Shown here piece by piece: positions 5,178-14,255 of a stretch of 64,000 nt of DNA. Under the pieces are notes generated by a model, which was given only the letters and a program-made list of their open reading frames with translations, was not told the DNA's origin and made no database searches. The first letter of the stretch is position 1, and each line of letters begins with the position of its first letter. Made by a program: the position numbers and the translations under genes. The DNA is from Parcubacteria group bacterium (GTDB taxonomy: Bacteria; Patescibacteriota; Minisyncoccia; Phycocordibacterales; Phycocordibacteraceae), in assembly GCA_028286605.1 (NCBI GenBank), contig JAQBRE010000003.1, positions 17,275 to 81,274 of the forward strand. The letters run 5' to 3'.

Positions 5178-8018
5178 ATGAACGCCAAGGAGAATGCACG
5201 CAGCCATGAGGCGACCTTCAAGGAGGCCTATGCGAAGCTGAACCCGGCCCAGAAGAAGGCGGTGGATACCGTTGAAGGACCGGTGCTGGTGATTGCCGGC
5301 CCAGGTACCGGCAAGACGCATATCCTGACGCTGCGCATCGCGAACATCCTGAATGTAACGCAGGCGAATGCCACCAATATTCTGGTGCTTACGTTTACGG
5401 AAAGCGCGGCGCGCACGGTACGTGCGCGCCTTTCGAATTTGATAGGCGAAGCTCCTGCGCGCGACGTATTCATTTCCACTTTCCACGGCTTCGCCGAACA
5501 TCTGCTGCAGCAGTATCAAGATTCATTTCCGCAGGCTATCGGGAAGCGGCTCGCTGGCGATGTAGAAAGCGCGCTGCTGTGGCGCGAAGTATTAGATACC
5601 GAAGAGCTCGTCGCGCTCCGTACTACGAAGAGCCCATACTTCTATCTGAAGGATCTTTCCATGCTTCGTAACGATTTGCTACGCGAACGCATCACTCTGG
5701 ATGCATACCGCGCATGGGCGAATGAAGAAGCGGATCGCATCAAGAGCGACGAGTCGTTCACGTATGTGCGAGACAGCAAACATGGCGCGAAAGGTACGAT
5801 GAAGCCGGAGGGCTTCAAGAAGCTCGAGCGGTTGGAAAAAGTATTCGAAGCTGCGCGCTTGATCGAAGCGTACGAAGCATTGAAAGAGGAACGCGACGTA
5901 TATGACTTCGCGGACGTATTGCGCATTGCCGTTGATGGCTTAGCGCAAGATCCGGAATTGCGCGCGACGATTCAGGAGCAGTATCAGTACGTGCTTGCAG
6001 ACGAGCATCAGGATGCAAACGCATTGCAGCATGCGCTGCTGGATGTGCTTGCCTATGACGAGCATCCGAATATCTTCGTGGTGGGGGATGAGAAGCAGGC
6101 CATATATCGATTCCAAGGAGCGGACAGCTCAGGTTTCGGCAGTTTTATGGAGCATTTTCCTCGTACCGAGGTGATAGCGCTCGATACGAGCTATCGCTCG
6201 CGTCAGGGCATTCTGGACGCCGCACACGCCCTTATACAGGGCGTTCCAGCAGCGAATGGCGCCCATATGCAGCTGGTGGGTTCAGAGCTTCCGGCGAGCA
6301 TTTCAGTGCTTGCAGCGCCCGACCCGTTGGCCGAACGAGACCAGATTGCGCAGCTCATTTCTGACGCGATTGATGGGGGGACGGAGCCGCACGAAATCGC
6401 CGTCATATCCGCGCGCAACAGTACCGCAGACCAGTTCGCAGACGCTTTGCAGGCGCGCGGCGTACCGATGCTTCGTGCGGGCGATGTCCTATTAAGTAGC
6501 CGTCCTATCATGCGCGCGATACTTGCGTTGATGCGCGCGGTTGCGGACCCGCTTGATTCTGCCTCGCTGCGCGAGGCGCTGCTTGCGCCGTGGTGGCCGC
6601 TCACGCTCACCGAGCGCGCGGAACTTCTGCGCCGGAATCGCGACAACGATCTCCCGCTCTCGCTTGAAACGAGCGTGCCACAAATTTCAAAGACAATAGC
6701 GTCGCTTCGCGACGCCGTACTCACCGAAGCTCCGCTCCCGCTTCTCTCTAAGATTCTCGTTGAATCCGGCGCACGCGCGTTCCTTCTTTCACACGCAGAC
6801 TACTTCGAAGACATCACGCTTATGCGCAAAGTGTTTATGCATATCGAAGAACTTGTCGCCCGCAATCCGGATCAATCCTTTGCAGACATCGTCCGTACAT
6901 TCACGCAGGCGAATGAGCATGGCCTCGAGAACGTGAAGACGAGTATCACGCTAACGGAAGGGAAGGTGACGGTTATAACCGCGCACAAGGCGAAGGGAAT
7001 GGAATTCAAGAAAGTATTTGTCGTAGGAATGAACGCACGGCAGTGGGAGAAGGGCGGCATGCCTGCAAAGATCCCTTCGCCCGTGGATCAGACCCGAAGC
7101 CTTGAAGACATCACGAAGCTTTTCTATGTGGCAATAACGCGTGCGAAAGATGAGCTCGTATTTTCATATGCAGTGGAAAGCGCGGACGGTCGCGACACGC
7201 CGCCCTCAGCACTACTACCAGAAAGCCTTCCTGCTATCGCACCCAGCTTCGATCCGTTGCCGGTGCTGCATACGACCATTGAAGCATCGAAGCTCGTATG
7301 CGAGCTGGTGCATGAATTCCTCACCAAGGATGGTCTCTCGCCCTCTGCATTCAATGAGTATCTGGAATCACCAGCGACATTCTTCGCTCGTCGTGTACTG
7401 CGCCTGCATGAGGCAGAGGCGCCCGCAACGGCGATAGGAATCGCCGTACACGCCGGCATCGCTGCGTACCTGGAAGCGAAAGACGAAGATGCTGCGTACG
7501 CCGCGCTGACTCGCCAACTGAAGAAATCCCTCCTGCAGCGTAACGCCGCGTATGACCGCGTCGTTACGCACGCACGCGAAAGCCTCGCGAGCTACATCGC
7601 TCACGACGGCACGCTGAAAGAACCTATCGCTATCGAGAAAGCCTATTCAATAAGCCAGACAATTGCCGGCCATGATATCAAGCTGCAGGGAAAGGTGGAT
7701 GCGATTTTCAATACGCCGAACGGTGAATGCATCGTGGATTTCAAGACCTCCAGCGACGTCCATATAAAAGATGAGAAGCACGCGCGCCAGCTCGCATTCT
7801 ATGATCTGCTGCTTCGCGCGAACGGACACAACACCACGACGGCAAGCATCGTGCAGGTAGGTCCTGAACATGTAGAAGAATTTCCCGTGCCGCTGAACGA
7901 CGAAACGCGCAGCGCGCTCGTGCAGACACTCGAAGAAGTTATCACTGAACTCTGGGATGGCACCTGGCGCAAGGGCGAACCTTCCGTCTACGACGACCTC
8001 CTCAAGCTTTTTATATAA
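5178..8018 (+). CDS. UvrD/PcrA-family superfamily-1 DNA helicase fused to C-terminal PD-(D/E)xK (RecB/AddA-like) nuclease domain
   Basis: Helicase motifs I AGPGTGKTH, II VLADEHQDAN, III GDEKQAIYRFQGA, IV TSYRS, V-VI VITAHKAKGMEFKKVFVVG; C-terminal GKVDAIFNTPNGECIVDFKTS...QLAFYDLLL is a RecB-type nuclease motif. GGAGG SD 4 nt upstream. Confidence 0.8.
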   Translation: MNAKENARSHEATFKEAYAKLNPAQKKAVDTVEGPVLVIAGPGTGKTHILTLRIANILNVTQANATNILVLTFTESAARTVRARLSNLIGEAPARDVFISTFHGFAEHLLQQYQDSFPQAIGKRLAGDVESALLWREVLDTEELVALRTTKSPYFYLKDLSMLRNDLLRERITLDAYRAWANEEADRIKSDESFTYVRDSKHGAKGTMKPEGFKKLERLEKVFEAARLIEAYEALKEERDVYDFADVLRIAVDGLAQDPELRATIQEQYQYVLADEHQDANALQHALLDVLAYDEHPNIFVVGDEKQAIYRFQGADSSGFGSFMEHFPRTEVIALDTSYRSRQGILDAAHALIQGVPAANGAHMQLVGSELPASISVLAAPDPLAERDQIAQLISDAIDGGTEPHEIAVISARNSTADQFADALQARGVPMLRAGDVLLSSRPIMRAILALMRAVADPLDSASLREALLAPWWPLTLTERAELLRRNRDNDLPLSLETSVPQISKTIASLRDAVLTEAPLPLLSKILVESGARAFLLSHADYFEDITLMRKVFMHIEELVARNPDQSFADIVRTFTQANEHGLENVKTSITLTEGKVTVITAHKAKGMEFKKVFVVGMNARQWEKGGMPAKIPSPVDQTRSLEDITKLFYVAITRAKDELVFSYAVESADGRDTPPSALLPESLPAIAPSFDPLPVLHTTIEASKLVCELVHEFLTKDGLSPSAFNEYLESPATFFARRVLRLHEAEAPATAIGIAVHAGIAAYLEAKDEDAAYAALTRQLKKSLLQRNAAYDRVVTHARESLASYIAHDGTLKEPIAIEKAYSISQTIAGHDIKLQGKVDAIFNTPNGECIVDFKTSSDVHIKDEKHARQLAFYDLLLRANGHNTTTASIVQVGPEHVEEFPVPLNDETRSALVQTLEEVITELWDGTWRKGEPSVYDDLLKLFI

Positions 8019-8025
8019 AAGATGG

Positions 8026-8056
8026 AGCCCTCGATGTAACGAGGGCTCCTTTTTCC
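8026..8056. terminator. bidirectional rho-independent terminator (ggagccctcg-atgtaa-cgagggctcc-ttttt)
   Basis: 10-bp perfect stem, T5 downstream, A-rich upstream. Confidence 0.75.
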
Positions 8057-8224
8057 AGCGAGGGCGATCACACAATCAGAATCGATGTTCCTTTGTGTCC
8101 TTGAAGCTCAAGACCTACGGCGCGACCGTGGCCGAATCAGCATTGCAGCTAAGTTCTGGCTTCTCTAGATGGGAAGGAAAGCAGGGCTGGTACCCTCTTA
8201 CCTCTTCACCATCAGGCAAAATCA

Positions 8225-8252
8225 CCTAGAAATATAGTACTCTTTTAGTATA
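8225..8252 (-). promoter_or_regulatory. sigma70-like promoter candidate on minus strand (TTGACA-N16-TACTAT)
   Basis: Reverse complement of 8225-8252 reads TTGACAttttatactaaaagagTACTAT; points into an ORF-free 170-190 nt stretch ending at terminator 8026-8056. Confidence 0.3.
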
Positions 8253-8268
8253 AAATGTCAAGACTCGG

Positions 8269-8997
8269 CTATTTTGCCTTCGCGATCGCCTGATCCACGA
8301 TCTTCTTCATCGCATCGTAGGGAAGCGAGCCGCTGAGCGGGATGGACTTCTGACCGTGAATCACGATAACCGTGTATGGCGAACCTGAAGCGCCAATAGC
8401 GATAGCGTTCGAGATATCAGCATTCACGCGAGTTTGATACGTGTGTGCACCCAGGCAGGAGTCGAAGCGAACGGTGTCGATACCGAGCGCCTGCGCAACA
8501 TTGTCATAGCCGGAAGGATCGAACTGCTGATTGTCTGGCGCATACGTCTGAAGGAAATCGATGAAGCTCCAGAATGCGTTCGCGTTGCCAAGTGAAGAGG
8601 CGCACTCTGCGGCTTCGGCGTGCTGTTCGCTATTGGGGTACTCATCAATAAGCGGGAAGTGGCGATACACCCAGGCGACTTTTCCGGTCGGCCCATAGGT
8701 AACCATAAGCTGCTCCATCACTTTCTGGAATGATTTCGAATAGCTGGAATCGATGTCCGCATATTCCACGATAACGACGGACGCGCTCGGGCTGCCGATT
8801 ATGTGGTCTTGGCTGGTGATAGGAGCGAGTGCTGAAACATCACCCTTCGGCGGACCTAAGACATGAGTCGCGCGTACCACATACACGCTTATTGCGATCA
8901 TGATGCCGGCAACAATAATCGCACCAGGAAGGAACCAGCGATTCCGGTTCTCTTGCGTACGATGCAGTTCTTCCAGTGCCTGATCCTGTTCATCCAT
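8269..8997 (-). CDS. DsbA-like thioredoxin-fold protein, membrane-anchored, catalytic CxxC replaced by SSYS
   Basis: N-terminal TM helix (WFLPGAIIVAGIMIAISVYVV); VVIVEYADIDSSYSKSF aligns with DsbA/BdbD EFFDYQCPYCKRF with both Cys replaced by Ser; C-terminal GASGSPYTVIVIHGQ matches GVSGTPTFFING. Start at ATG 8997 (MDEQDQ...). Confidence 0.6.
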   Translation of the reverse strand: MDEQDQALEELHRTQENRNRWFLPGAIIVAGIMIAISVYVVRATHVLGPPKGDVSALAPITSQDHIIGSPSASVVIVEYADIDSSYSKSFQKVMEQLMVTYGPTGKVAWVYRHFPLIDEYPNSEQHAEAAECASSLGNANAFWSFIDFLQTYAPDNQQFDPSGYDNVAQALGIDTVRFDSCLGAHTYQTRVNADISNAIAIGASGSPYTVIVIHGQKSIPLSGSLPYDAMKKIVDQAIAKAK

Positions 8998-9106
8998 ATG
9001 CCTATCAGGATAACATGCAGGCCGCAGCGGCCTGCCACACTTGTATAAAAGAAACTCCGACGGGCCGTGAGGCGCCGCCGGAGCGAAAGGGTAGAGGTGG
9101 AAGAAG

Positions 9107-9427
9107 TCAGATGTGCTCGTGCGCGAAGCATATGCGCTCAGCAAGAATTTTCCCGTTAGGGCCGTCTATGATTCGTACGGTGAATTGCTCGCCGAAAGAA
9201 ACATAGACGGCTTCTTTGATGACATTGATCTTCTTCTTATCGAGCAAGCAGTCCCAGGTATGAACCTCGACGACGCGCTTGCCTTTGCACGAAAGAAAGG
9301 TGATTCGAGCATTCTCGATTTCTGCGGGATCGTATAGCTCCTTCATGAGACTTGTCTTCAGATTGATCTCAGCGCACCTGCGCACAATGGGTTCTGCCTC
9401 AGGCGGGCATCGGCCTTCAAATCTCAC
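9107..9427 (-). CDS. hypothetical protein (Cys-containing, 106 aa)
   Basis: GTG start with GGGGAG SD 7 nt upstream; no recognisable family. Confidence 0.4.
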   Translation of the reverse strand: MRFEGRCPPEAEPIVRRCAEINLKTSLMKELYDPAEIENARITFLSCKGKRVVEVHTWDCLLDKKKINVIKEAVYVSFGEQFTVRIIDGPNGKILAERICFAHEHI

Positions 9428-9520
9428 TCTCTAACTCCCCAAATGGTTCGTGACCTACGGACATCGCAGGTCACATTTGAGTAAGTATACACGAATGCCG
9501 TGGCGCAGCCAAGAATATGG

Positions 9521-10099
9521 CTAGAAACCGAGCGTGTGCGTGATTGCGGGAGCTTCGGGAAGCGTTTCCCACGCACGCGTATCAATTTTCACGCTGCGGC
9601 TCGTCTTCAGGTCTTTATATTTGAGCGAGCCGTTCGTAAGCGCGTAGTCGTAGAGTTCGCGAGTGATGCGCACATCTTCGATGCAATACTTTCGCACTTT
9701 TTCATATTCGCCTGCGGCCCACCACTCAACGGCCTGCAACCCATTTCCGCCTTTTCCTTTTCCAAGCGTTGCTTCAGCGAGCGACTGCAGGCGTACGCGG
9801 CGGCCGAGCGCTTTCTGGAATTCAACGAGAAGGTCGAGAGATTTTATTTTCGTGAGGTCGCCCGGGTAATAGCGGTTAAGGATAGGAATATCGAACGTGT
9901 CGGAGTTGAAGCCGATGAGCATATCTGCGCGCTCAAGGATGGGCCAAAGCTGCGGGAATTCTTCTTTGGAATACGAGCTGTATTCGTTCGTTTCGGAATC
10001 GTGTATCCCAACTATCGATACCTCCATGCGCGAAAGATCGTTCCGGGCGAGGCTCGGAAAGGCATTAGCAGTTTCTATATCGAACGTGATTGCGCGCAT
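9521..10099 (-). CDS. DEDDy-type 3'-5' exonuclease, RNase H-like fold (PolB-exonuclease-related, YprB-like)
   Basis: Exo motifs ITFDIETANAF (DxE), SDTFDIPIL, YCIEDV. ATG at 10099 lies 2 nt after hisS stop. Confidence 0.6.
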   Translation of the reverse strand: MRAITFDIETANAFPSLARNDLSRMEVSIVGIHDSETNEYSSYSKEEFPQLWPILERADMLIGFNSDTFDIPILNRYYPGDLTKIKSLDLLVEFQKALGRRVRLQSLAEATLGKGKGGNGLQAVEWWAAGEYEKVRKYCIEDVRITRELYDYALTNGSLKYKDLKTSRSVKIDTRAWETLPEAPAITHTLGF

Positions 10100-10100
10100 A

Positions 10101-11366
10101 TTATTTTGAAACTTGAAGCAGGTATGAAGCGAAGTCCTGCTCATCAAGTGATTCTTCTGCGCCGGTATCGAGCTTCTTAAGGCGCATGTTGCCGGACTTC
10201 ACTTCATCAGGACCATAGGTAGTGAAATAGGGAATACCACGCTTCGCCGCTTCGCGGATCTGGTCGCCAAGGTTGCGGGAAGTGAGATTCATGAATACCC
10301 GGATGCCAGAAGCGCGCAGCGCCTCTGCGAACGTGCGTGCTTCTTCCAGGCCATCGGGAAAAGTACCTAAATAAAGCTGCGCTTTGCCTTCTCCATCGGG
10401 CATAATGTCGTGCGTCTCAAGGAAATCCATGAGCGTGACATCGCCGATAGCGAACCCGACTGCAGGAATCGGATCACCGCCGAAGAGCGAGACCAAGCGG
10501 TCATAGCGGCCTCCGCCGAAGATGGCACGTGGATTCTCCGGGTTCGTATCAAACACTTCGAACGTAATGCCGGTGTAATAATCGAAACCACGTACGAGCG
10601 TCGGATCAAATACCGCATTCGCTACGCCCTGTTCCTTTAGGAGAACGATAGTGCCCAGTATGTTGCGCTTCGCATCAACCAAGCTTGGCGAATCATTCGC
10701 GATGAGCGCGAGCGGGTCCGTCTGCGTAATCTCGCGTACGGCTGCATTGAAGACGCCTTCGGGCATCTTGTCCTTCTTATCGAGCAGGCGCATGTATTCC
10801 TTTATGCGATCACCAGTGAGGCCCGCTGCGCTGCATGCCTGCGTAAGCAATTCACGCGAATTGATGCGGACGATGAAGTCTTCATCTTTTGCGCCGAGGT
10901 CCTTAAGGACGCGTACAGAAAGCGAGACGACTTCGATATCGGCATCGCCGGCGGGAAGACCAAGAAGGTCAACGTCTGTCTGGAAGAACTCGCGGAGGCG
11001 GCCGCGTTGCGGCCGCTCGTAGCGGAACCGGTTACCGATAGAGAACCAGCGAAGAGGGAACACGAGCTCACGACGCTTTCCCGCCACCATGCGCGCAAGC
11101 GACGGTGTCATCTCTGGGCGAAGCGTCACACGACGATCGCCGCGATCCGTGAACGTGTATGTCTGTTCATTAACGATTTCCTCGCTCGTTTTCGCTTCAT
11201 AGAGCTCTGCACGCTCGAGTGGGGAGGCGTTATATTCCTCGTAGCCATAGAGGCCGAGGGTACGCCGAATCGCCGCGAAGACCGCTTCGCGCCTCGCAAA
11301 GTCGTTCGGATAGAAATCCCGTACGCCTTTATATGCCTCCGTGCTAAGCGGTTCATTCTCGCTCAT
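10101..11366 (-). CDS. hisS: histidine--tRNA ligase
   Basis: Class II HisRS motifs: RGVRDFYPNDFARREAV..., RLREFFQTDVDLLG, GGRYDRLVSLFGG. Confidence 0.9.
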   Translation of the reverse strand: MSENEPLSTEAYKGVRDFYPNDFARREAVFAAIRRTLGLYGYEEYNASPLERAELYEAKTSEEIVNEQTYTFTDRGDRRVTLRPEMTPSLARMVAGKRRELVFPLRWFSIGNRFRYERPQRGRLREFFQTDVDLLGLPAGDADIEVVSLSVRVLKDLGAKDEDFIVRINSRELLTQACSAAGLTGDRIKEYMRLLDKKDKMPEGVFNAAVREITQTDPLALIANDSPSLVDAKRNILGTIVLLKEQGVANAVFDPTLVRGFDYYTGITFEVFDTNPENPRAIFGGGRYDRLVSLFGGDPIPAVGFAIGDVTLMDFLETHDIMPDGEGKAQLYLGTFPDGLEEARTFAEALRASGIRVFMNLTSRNLGDQIREAAKRGIPYFTTYGPDEVKSGNMRLKKLDTGAEESLDEQDFASYLLQVSK

Positions 11367-11488
11367 ATATAGGTAAGTCTATCAAATATTGCTCAAACTA
11401 TGAAAGTTATGAAATCTTTCTGAAGAAATAATCAATAAATCCTTCATCGTTACTAGACGCTGTTAAAAGCCGGAATTATAATGAGCGT

Positions 11489-11758
11489 ATGACCGAAGCA
11501 ACAAATGTTATTCAGATAAGCGACCTACAGGCCTTTGTCGGTATAGCGGCGATGCTTATAAGTGTTGGTGCTGCTTGGGGTTCTCTTAAGCAAAACATGA
11601 AATCGCTCGAAGAGAATATGTCTCTATTTAAGAGCAGTATCGACCGCATTGATGCATCTTTGAGAGACCTCCATGAGCGATTCATCATCGTTGAAGATCG
11701 AGTAAACATGTTGTGGAAAGAAAAATTCTCACCTTCACGTCTTCCTGAAGTCGTCTAA
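11489..11758 (+). CDS. small membrane-anchored coiled-coil protein (paralog of 35896-36108)
   Basis: One TM helix then LRDLHERFIIVEDRVNMLWKEKF; paralog has LYERFIRVEERVEALWMEKF. TATAAT -10 at 11476-11481. Confidence 0.5.
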   Translation: MTEATNVIQISDLQAFVGIAAMLISVGAAWGSLKQNMKSLEENMSLFKSSIDRIDASLRDLHERFIIVEDRVNMLWKEKFSPSRLPEVV

Positions 11759-11760
11759 GT

Positions 11761-12348
11761 TTACACAAGTCCGTCTGTTGAAGTGGCTGTAACATTCGTA
11801 CCCATGCTGCCGGTGTTCTGCAGCGCAGCGATCTCGCGCATCACGAGGTCACGGATCTGTTCAGGATGCGCGATACCTTCCATCTGGAATTTTTCCTGTC
11901 GTCCTGCTGTTTCAACATTCAATGTGCCGTAGCCGATGAGGGTGGGAAAGAATCCTTCGACATCTGTCGTGATGTCCTGCACACGCGAAAGAAGGAAGCT
12001 CGAGACGCGACGATCGAAGTATCGGTACTGGGTGATATCGACAATGCGATGCGAGGTGATGACCCAGAGCGTCAGGAAGAATTTCGTAATCATCGTGAAT
12101 GCGGACATCCAGACGAAGAGCCAGTACACGCCAAGGAGAAATCGAACGATGGGATTGTTGAAATTTATATTAATTGCGCCCGTGGATGCCGTGCCGACAT
12201 GGCTCGTAATGGCGGCAGCGATTGGAATCACTATGAGCGGTGCGATAGTGAGCACGATGAACGGTATGAAACGCAGCGCGATAAGGAACGGATGCTGATG
12301 CACCGTTTCGGTTATCGTCTCACCCGGTTCTAGTTCGAATTCTTCCAT
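11761..12348 (-). CDS. bacterial PH-domain (bPH_2/YdbT-like) membrane protein
   Basis: Two TM helices flanking a loop then PH-like C-terminal region; resembles DUF304/bPH_2 family. Confidence 0.45.
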   Translation of the reverse strand: MEEFELEPGETITETVHQHPFLIALRFIPFIVLTIAPLIVIPIAAAITSHVGTASTGAININFNNPIVRFLLGVYWLFVWMSAFTMITKFFLTLWVITSHRIVDITQYRYFDRRVSSFLLSRVQDITTDVEGFFPTLIGYGTLNVETAGRQEKFQMEGIAHPEQIRDLVMREIAALQNTGSMGTNVTATSTDGLV

Positions 12349-12349
12349 A

Positions 12350-12703
12350 TTATTGCAGGCCGCTGATCATATATATGATTATTGATCCTGATACGAACAA
12401 GTGTAGCGCGATTGCCGGCACGGCGAACCATGATTTGTGACGATAGCGGAACCAGTGATAAATCACGACGAAGGTATAGATAACCCATATAAGGAAGATC
12501 CCGCTGAATACGACGGGAACGAATCCTGAGATATTAATCTGCGGAAGCGGGGCAGGTTGGCCGGTCTGCGCTTGGCTTGTTTGAACAGCTTGAGAATTCT
12601 GAGTTGCCGGCGTGTTGCTGTTTCCGTAATGGAACCACTGCGCCATAAGATTCACGGGCGGCGCGGTGCTATTCAGCGTAGGAGTCGGAGCGTCTGCGGC
12701 CAT
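12350..12703 (-). CDS. hypothetical membrane protein with Q/T/P-rich N-terminus
   Basis: 117 aa; two predicted TM helices; abuts upstream and downstream genes (operon). Confidence 0.45.
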   Translation of the reverse strand: MAADAPTPTLNSTAPPVNLMAQWFHYGNSNTPATQNSQAVQTSQAQTGQPAPLPQINISGFVPVVFSGIFLIWVIYTFVVIYHWFRYRHKSWFAVPAIALHLFVSGSIIIYMISGLQ

Positions 12704-13470
12704 TACGGATAGTATGCCACCACGAATCGCTGGCGGCCATACTGGTCGGTGCGTATCTCGGAGCTGCTCGTGCCGTAGGTATCGAGTATCGTCTTGGCGA
12801 GCCCAACATTCTCCATATCCGCTTCAAGCCAGAGTTCGCCTTCAGGGTTGAGATGCATCTGCGCTTCCAGGGCGATTCTTCGGATTACGCCCAACCCGTC
12901 ATTCCCTCCGAACAATGATTCTGGCGGTTCGAAATTCGTAACGCTCGTATCGAGTGCGCGCTCCTGCGGAATATACGGCGGGTTGGATGCGATGACATCG
13001 AACGACCCCGGTACTGCCGTGAAGAGATCGCTTTCGTACATATGTGCACGCGATGCATCGAGATTATTTTCTTCCAGATTCATTTTAATCTGTGCAACGT
13101 GTTCTGGCATGAGTTCGCCGAATGATACGTGCGCGTTCGGGAACGCGCTGAGTATCGCGAGACCTATCGCGCCGGAACCGGCGCAGAGGTCGAGTAAATG
13201 AAATGGAGTATCGCCGAATCGTTCGCGCAGATGCGTGATGAGTTCGTTCGTCCACCATTCCGTTTCAGGGCGGGGAATAAGGGGATGCGAATCGAGACGG
13301 ATGTGCAGGTTAAGGAAGGGAATCCAGCCAATGACATAGGCCAGCGGCTCGCCTGCGGCGAGCCGCGCTAAGTCCGCTTCAAGCTCGCTATCGCTCGCTT
13401 TGCCCTCATATTTATCCCGTATTAGCGCCACGATATCCTCGTGGGGTACGCCCTGGGGGTCAGGTATCAT
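12703..13470 (-). CDS. prmC: release factor glutamine N5-methyltransferase PrmC/HemK
   Basis: SAM motif LLDLCAGSGAIGLAI and NPPY motif (VIASNPPYIP). Confidence 0.85.
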   Translation of the reverse strand: MIPDPQGVPHEDIVALIRDKYEGKASDSELEADLARLAAGEPLAYVIGWIPFLNLHIRLDSHPLIPRPETEWWTNELITHLRERFGDTPFHLLDLCAGSGAIGLAILSAFPNAHVSFGELMPEHVAQIKMNLEENNLDASRAHMYESDLFTAVPGSFDVIASNPPYIPQERALDTSVTNFEPPESLFGGNDGLGVIRRIALEAQMHLNPEGELWLEADMENVGLAKTILDTYGTSSSEIRTDQYGRQRFVVAYYP

Positions 13471-13499
13471 TCTCTAATTCTATAGTAGAATGCGGGCAT

Positions 13500-13943
13500 A
13501 TGCGCATACATCTTTGGAACACTCTGCTTTCCCTATTTTTCGCCGTACTCATGGTTGCGGCTATCTGGTGGCTTTTTGCGACCGGCCGTCTCTTCTATCA
13601 GGTGCCGTTCCGCGATCTCCTCCTCCTCGCGCTTGCGACGTATCGTCTCATTCGCCTCTTCACGTATGACATCATCACGAAGTTCATTCGCGATTGGTTC
13701 GCAGGCGCACGTGAGAATTCTCTCGGCGGTACGCTCGGCGCGCTTCTGAATTGCCCGTGGTGCACCGGCCTCTGGTTCAGCTTCCTCGTGGTATTCAGCT
13801 ACTTCGCAACGCCGTATGCGTGGCCCGTGATAATTATCCTCGCCGTCGCAGGTATCGCTTCGTTCTTCATGACGCTTTCAAACCTTATCGGCTGGATGGC
13901 AGAAGGTCGCAAGCTTGATGTGCATAGCCGCTTCGGCGAGTAG
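13500..13943 (+). CDS. DUF1360-family membrane protein
   Basis: Conserved CPWCTGLW motif and four TM helices typical of DUF1360. Confidence 0.55.
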   Translation: MRIHLWNTLLSLFFAVLMVAAIWWLFATGRLFYQVPFRDLLLLALATYRLIRLFTYDIITKFIRDWFAGARENSLGGTLGALLNCPWCTGLWFSFLVVFSYFATPYAWPVIIILAVAGIASFFMTLSNLIGWMAEGRKLDVHSRFGE

Positions 13944-13965
13944 TTCGCTCTATGTTCTAAAAAGA

Positions 13966-13989
13966 AAAACGGCCTTTCGGCCGTTTTTC
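13966..13989. terminator. palindromic bidirectional terminator aaaaacggcc-tttc-ggccgttttt
   Basis: Perfect 10-bp stem flanked by A5 and T5; the same element in opposite orientation occurs at 49454-49477. Confidence 0.75.
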
Positions 13990-14034
13990 TCCACGCTATG
14001 TCCATACAAGTATGAACTAAGTCTTGACCTCACT

Positions 14035-14063
14035 ATAGTATTCTTTCTCGGAATCTGTGTCAA
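14035..14063 (-). promoter_or_regulatory. sigma70-like promoter candidate on minus strand (TTGACA-N17-TACTAT)
   Basis: rc of 14035-14063 = TTGACAcagattccgagaaagaaTACTAT; points toward terminator 13966-13989, giving a predicted transcript of about 50-60 nt. Confidence 0.3.
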
Positions 14064-14214
14064 TTATTCCTACTATGCTGGCGGAGGAAATCGAATCCTC
14101 AGGCATAGCGTGTCAAGACTTAAACCCGCCATCCAGGACCGCCAGCTATGTAGAAGCATACGAAATGAGTGGTCAAAACTCTTCAAAGAAAAGATAAAGT
14201 TTTTCTGACGATTT

Positions 14215-14255
14215 AAAAGAAAACACACCTGCTTTTAGCAGGTGTGTTTTCTTTG
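14215..14255. terminator. bidirectional terminator aaaacacacctgc...gcaggtgtgtttt
   Basis: 10-bp stem flanked by A-run and T-run; downstream of the RRM-protein gene on the minus strand. Confidence 0.7.

Noticed and set aside
6203-6724. 173-aa minus-strand ORF and other internal ORFs within the helicase gene
   Set aside because: Embedded antisense in a gene with complete SF1 helicase motifs.
8100-8222. SRP (4.5S) RNA on + strand because of GGGAAGGAAAGCAGGGC resembling the helix-8 GGAA tetraloop region
   Set aside because: The flanking sequence cannot form the conserved symmetric/asymmetric loops or a closing C-G pair around GGAA, and no long 5'/3' terminal helix is evident.
9000-9060. Hairpin gcaggccgc-agc-ggcctgc as a terminator
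   Set aside because: No flanking U-tract on either strand. More likely a regulatory stem or coincidental GC palindrome in the DsbA-like 5' region.
11367-11488. T-box leader upstream of hisS
   Set aside because: The intergenic region is only about 120 nt and AT-rich, with no specifier-loop/T-box sequence (AATTAGGGTGGNACCGCG).
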